A stretch of 45,767 nucleotides of DNA, taken from the IMG/VR virus record IMGVR_UViG_3300017913_001550, positions 1 through 45,767 of that record, one strand, 5' to 3'. The position numbers and the translations under genes are program-made. Source of the DNA: a virus. Taxonomy: Duplodnaviria > Caudoviricetes. The notes below the pieces were generated by a model that saw only the letters and a list, made by a program, of their open reading frames with translations, searched no databases and had not been told where the DNA came from. This document shows positions 42,239 to 45,767 of the stretch, in pieces; the first letter of the stretch is position 1, and the number at the start of each line of letters is the position of its first letter.

Positions 42239-44019
42239 TGTTTAATGTAAAAACAATAACTGTAAAAAACTTTATGAGTGTGGGTAACAGCACACAAGCA
42301 GTTGATTTTGATCGAGATCATCTAACACTAGTACTAGGTGAAAATATGGATCTCGGTGGAGATGATGCTGGTTCACGTAATGGTACAGGTAAAACAACAA
42401 TCATTAATGCACTAAGTTATGCACTGTATGGCGAAGCACTAACAAAGATTCGCAGAGAAAATCTTGTAAACAAAACCAACGGCAAAGCAATGTTGGTTAC
42501 TGTTGAATTTGAAAAAGGCGGCAAAACATATAGAATCGAAAGAGGCAGACGCCCTAACGTTCTTAAGTTTTATATGAATGATGCGGAAGTAACCGCAGAC
42601 GATGTTGACGAGTCTCAGGGCGACTCAAGAAAGACGCAGGAAGAAATTGAGCGTCTATTGAACATGAGCCATACTATGTTCAAACACTTGGTCGCCCTGA
42701 ACACATACACAGAACCGTTCCTGGCTATGACTCCAAATGGTCAGAGAGAAATTATTGAACAACTTCTGGGTATTACTATCCTCAGTGAAAAGGCTGAAAA
42801 ACTCAAAGAGCAACAAAAAAATATTAGAGATGCTATCACTGAGGAAGATGCAAAAATCAAAGGTATTGAAAGTGCAAACAAAGCAGTACAAGAAAGCATT
42901 GATAATCTTGAAATAAAAAGCAAAGCATGGGATGCCACACAAGCAGACGAAATTGCAAAACTAGCAAAAGCAATCAACAGTCTTATCACTGTTGATATTG
43001 ATGCAGAAATTAAAGCACATGATGATCTAAAAACATGGGAATCTGCAAACAGCGAAATACAAAGTTTACAAAAAGAAAAAGCAAGTTTAGACAGCAGTAT
43101 TACAAGAGCAGAACGCACACACAAAAAGTATGAAAAAGAACTAGAAGATATTTCAAGCAAGAAATGTTTTACGTGTGGTCAGGATCTGCACGGCGAAGCA
43201 CATGAAAAAATTCTTGCTGAAAAGCAAAATGATGTACAGGAAAGTCAAACATACATCGATGGGATTCAACTGCAACTAGATGAGGTTACACAAAAACTAG
43301 ATGCCATTGGTGACATTAATGGACGTCCTAACACATTTTATGATACAGCAGAAGAAGCATTTAACCACAGAAACAACTTGGCAAGTTTAGAAGATCGTAA
43401 AAAAGAACGTGAAGCAGAAACTAATCCATACAGCGAACAAATGGAAGAACTAACAACAACTGCACTGAAAGAAATCAGTTGGGGTTATATGAATGAATTG
43501 CAAAACATGAAGTCACACATGGACTTCTTGTACAAACTTTTAACCAGCAAGGATTCTTTTATACGTAAGCGTATTATTGATCAGAACTTGCTGGTACTGA
43601 ACAAGCGTTTACAATACTACTTGGATAGAACAGGACTTCCACATCAGGTTAAGTTTGGTAATGATCTAGCAGTAGAAATTACAGAACTAGGCAGAGACTT
43701 AGACTTTGATAATCTATCAAGAGGTGAACGCAATAGACTTATCCTAAGTTTGAGTTGGGCATTCCGTGATGTATGGGAAAACTTATATCAAAGCATCAAC
43801 CTACTGTTTATTGATGAGTTGATTGACAGTGGAATGGATACAGCAGGTGTTGAAAGTGCTATTGCTATTCTTAAGAAAATGGCAAGAGAAAGACACAAAA
43901 ACATTTATTTGATTTCACACAAAGATGAACTAAGTTCACGTGTGAACAATATTCTAAAAGTTGTTAAGGAAAATGGCTTTACCAGTTACTCAAATGACAC
44001 TGAGGTAACAAATGCCTAA
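42238..44019 (+). CDS. recombination ATPase subunit, gp46/Rad50/SbcC-like
   Basis: KNFMS, Walker A NGTGKT, coiled coil with zinc hook CFTC, signature LSRGE, Walker B LFIDE, H-loop ISH. Confidence 0.93.
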   Translation: MFNVKTITVKNFMSVGNSTQAVDFDRDHLTLVLGENMDLGGDDAGSRNGTGKTTIINALSYALYGEALTKIRRENLVNKTNGKAMLVTVEFEKGGKTYRIERGRRPNVLKFYMNDAEVTADDVDESQGDSRKTQEEIERLLNMSHTMFKHLVALNTYTEPFLAMTPNGQREIIEQLLGITILSEKAEKLKEQQKNIRDAITEEDAKIKGIESANKAVQESIDNLEIKSKAWDATQADEIAKLAKAINSLITVDIDAEIKAHDDLKTWESANSEIQSLQKEKASLDSSITRAERTHKKYEKELEDISSKKCFTCGQDLHGEAHEKILAEKQNDVQESQTYIDGIQLQLDEVTQKLDAIGDINGRPNTFYDTAEEAFNHRNNLASLEDRKKEREAETNPYSEQMEELTTTALKEISWGYMNELQNMKSHMDFLYKLLTSKDSFIRKRIIDQNLLVLNKRLQYYLDRTGLPHQVKFGNDLAVEITELGRDLDFDNLSRGERNRLILSLSWAFRDVWENLYQSINLLFIDELIDSGMDTAGVESAIAILKKMARERHKNIYLISHKDELSSRVNNILKVVKENGFTSYSNDTEVTNA

Positions 44020-44236
44020 GACCACACACGAACTTTTAGTACAGGCTATGATGGACTACTATAATAACAACGAGCGTTTTGAAGCAAAAAACTTCGACGA
44101 AACAGGACGCAAAGCAAGGGCAATACTCAGCGACATTAGAAGGCTATGCACACAGAGGCGATACGAAATTCAAGAAAAAAGAAAGCAAAACAAAGAGGCA
44201 AAAGCGGCAACAAAACTCAGTTCTGAGACTGAGTAA
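44012..44236 (+). CDS. small basic helical protein, possibly histone H1-like (Hc1-type) DNA binder
   Basis: 74 aa; F..KN....G.KAR..L..I..L...RR.EIQ..R pattern; Lys/Arg-rich C-terminus. Confidence 0.55.
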   Translation: MPKTTHELLVQAMMDYYNNNERFEAKNFDETGRKARAILSDIRRLCTQRRYEIQEKRKQNKEAKAATKLSSETE

Positions 44237-44259
44237 ATATAGGGCAGGTAACTACCTAT

Positions 44260-44691
44260 ATGGATTGGACCTATCAAGGCAAAGTTATCGACGAACTTCC
44301 ACAAGACTGTGAAGGCTTTGTCTATTTGATAACCAATCTCACAAACAACCGCAAGTATGTGGGCAAAAAACTAGCAAAGTTTAAAAAGACTCGCCCACCA
44401 CTTAAAGGCAAAAAAAATAAAAGGCGCTCAAAAGTTGAGTCAGATTGGAAAGATTATTGGGGTTCCAACGACCACTTGAAGGCAGATGTAGAAACACTAG
44501 GCCCAGAAAAATTCTCACGCGAAATACTTTATATTTGTAACAGCAGAGGCTTAATGAGTTATCTCGAGGCAAAGGAACAGTTTGACCGTAGGGTATTAGA
44601 GACAGACGAGTATTACAACGGAATTATTAATGTAAGGGTCGGCGGTTCCAAAATTCTAAAAGAAGCACTACAAAATCTAAAGGCAATATAA
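44260..44691 (+). CDS. stand-alone GIY-YIG nuclease (T4 endonuclease II/Seg catalytic-domain-like)
   Basis: GFVY...YVG, YWGS, catalytic-type E (YLEAKEQ) and YYN; 143 aa with no extra DNA-binding module; TAAATA at 44234-44239 upstream. Confidence 0.85.
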   Translation: MDWTYQGKVIDELPQDCEGFVYLITNLTNNRKYVGKKLAKFKKTRPPLKGKKNKRRSKVESDWKDYWGSNDHLKADVETLGPEKFSREILYICNSRGLMSYLEAKEQFDRRVLETDEYYNGIINVRVGGSKILKEALQNLKAI

Positions 44692-45085
44692 CAGCACCTA
44701 AGGTTGGCGGGCCAGTTTGCAAATACCGCTGTGGAAAAGGTTATAGAAATATAACACACGTACATGCTGATCAACCCCCTCTGGGAGATAAGCCATCAAA
44801 AGAATTGGGCTCACTGGTTGGCATAGATTGAATGCTGTCAATCAAACAACACTGTTCAGAAAACTCTTTGCAAAGGAACGAAGCAAGAGGTAGCGAAGCG
44901 ACCCGCGGTAGCGGTAAAGCGGTAAAGCGGTTTTTTCGTGATGTCGATGTAGGTTGGGAAAGGTCAGAGCCCATGAACAACAGTGCAAATACCTACTTCC
45001 AAGTCTTGGCTGTGGCGAACTCACATGATGCTGAGAAGGGCGGAACCAAAAATAGGTTCCGTCTGACTGAAACAATCTACATGAT
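44692..45085 (+). ncRNA. candidate large structured non-coding RNA (family unassigned)
   Basis: Longest intergenic region in the window and GC-richer than other spacers. Many local hairpins (including GTTATA-GAAA-TATAAC) and crossing long-range complementarities (see findings). Strand inferred from the GNRA loop and G-U pairs. Confidence 0.6.
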
Positions 45086-45088
45086 ACT

Positions 45089-45162
45089 TAAATGCTTCGC
45101 ATTTATTCATAAAGAAAATGTATTGAGCGTAAGCGATAATACATGTGATCTTTAGATCACAT
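45089..45162. terminator. three consecutive hairpins at a convergent junction (terminator/processing or ssDNA structure)
   Basis: TAAATGC-TTC-GCATTTA 45089-45105; ATGTATT...AATACAT 45118-45144; ATGTGATC-TTTA-GATCACAT 45143-45162. Confidence 0.45.
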
Positions 45163-45163
45163 C

Positions 45164-45343
45164 TTAATGTAAATCAGGATCACGTCCAAATCCACTTTTA
45201 ACTGCACTTACTTGAATTTCCTTTACTTCGTACTCTTTGTCTGGATTGTTTTGTTTGAGCATAGAGAGACAGACATCTACTTCTTCTGCTGAATTCAACA
45301 GTTCGATGTCATTTTTCTCAACTATTACATACTTCTTGATCAT
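45164..45343 (-). CDS. small hypothetical protein (59 aa)
   Basis: MIKKYVIVEK...GFGRDPDLH. Start moved to ATG 45343, which follows a TAAATA late motif at 45352-45357. Confidence 0.7.
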   Translation of the reverse strand: MIKKYVIVEKNDIELLNSAEEVDVCLSMLKQNNPDKEYEVKEIQVSAVKSGFGRDPDLH

Positions 45344-45432
45344 AGTAGATTTATTTAGAACGAGATTTTGCAAATAAAACTACACTATTTGGTTTTTGGC
45401 ACCTTACGACCATAAAGAAAATAAATAACTGT

Positions 45433-45767
45433 ATGAAAATAACGGAAATCACAGAAGCACCATACAGTTTTGCACAAAAAGCCGCGGATACAGTTAAAGG
45501 TTTAAACCCTTTTAGCAAGAACATGCGACAAAGTGCGGATGCTAACAGAGCACTGGGTGACTTTAAAAACAAACTAAAAAGAGATTTTAATGAGTTTGCT
45601 AAACTAAGCAAACAGGCGCCTACTCCGGAACTACTGCAACAGTGGTTACAGCAGAATTATCCGTTACAGGGTGCAAAAAAATCTGAGCCGCAGGCTACGC
45701 CTGATCAACAAAAGGCCCAACCTCAAGCACAGCAACAGAAAACAACACAGCAACCTCAAGCACAGCA
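45433..45767 (+). CDS. 5' part of a late (possibly head-internal) protein, runs off window end
   Basis: Open frame MKITEITEAPYSF...QPQAQQQKTTQQPQAQ from ATG 45433 with TAAATA at 45422-45427; 17-bp direct repeat at 45718-45734 and 45751-45767. Confidence 0.8.
   Translation, partial: MKITEITEAPYSFAQKAADTVKGLNPFSKNMRQSADANRALGDFKNKLKRDFNEFAKLSKQAPTPELLQQWLQQNYPLQGAKKSEPQATPDQQKAQPQAQQQKTTQQPQAQ

Noticed and set aside
43711-43730. LSRGE instead of LSGGE in the Rad50 signature as a sign of inactivation
   Set aside because: All other ATPase motifs and the zinc hook are intact, and the signature's third position varies among SbcC/gp46 proteins.
44771-45155. ORFs 44771-44980 (-), 44832-45155 (+) and 44842-45075 (-)
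   Set aside because: They overlap each other, have no RBS or promoter and show atypical composition. They are better explained as chance frames in a GC-richer structured region.
44692-45163. Group I intron, tRNA, tmRNA or RNase P identity for the structured region
   Set aside because: No interrupted host gene flanks it, and I could not find convincing P7 core, T-loop GTTCGA/CCA end or RNase P GAGGAAAGTCC signatures by eye. Left unassigned pending an Infernal search.
1-45767. Stop-codon reassignment (alternative genetic code) as seen in some jumbo phages
   Set aside because: Very long ORFs are intact in code 11, and TAG, TGA and TAA all end genes at sensible boundaries.

Overview
AT-rich fragment of a large T4-like (jumbo-type) myovirus genome, read in the standard genetic code. 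Three blocks are visible. (1) 1-6129 (+): early/middle genes with sigma70-type promoters, namely a MoxR-like AAA+ ATPase and its HEXXH-metallopeptidase/VWA partner (separated by an HNH-like and a PD-(D/E)XK-like nuclease gene), several hypotheticals and thyX. (2) 6160-39809 (-): a ~33.6 kb late tail/baseplate operon with gp48/54-, gp53-, hub-, gp5-, gp25- and gp6-like proteins, a 4633-aa multidomain baseplate protein (cupredoxin-like, CBM-like, FG-GAP propeller and degenerate YHYH domains), four paralogous tail fibres and an embedded 2OG-Fe(II) oxygenase. (3) 39896-44691 (+): a gp55-like late sigma factor, a GNAT/malonyl-CoA-decarboxylase-like protein, gp47/gp46 (Mre11/Rad50), a small basic protein and a stand-alone GIY-YIG nuclease. 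The most striking unexplained element is the ~470-nt non-coding stretch directly after the GIY-YIG gene (44692-45163). It is dense in hairpins, has a GNRA tetraloop and several crossing long-range helices, and is a candidate large structured ncRNA (alternatively a structured ssDNA origin). An exact extended late-promoter motif (ACGCAGTTAATA-N7-TAAATA) occurs twice, and one copy is interdigitated with the sigma factor's own promoter. All product calls come from motifs recognised by eye and from synteny; no database searches were run.
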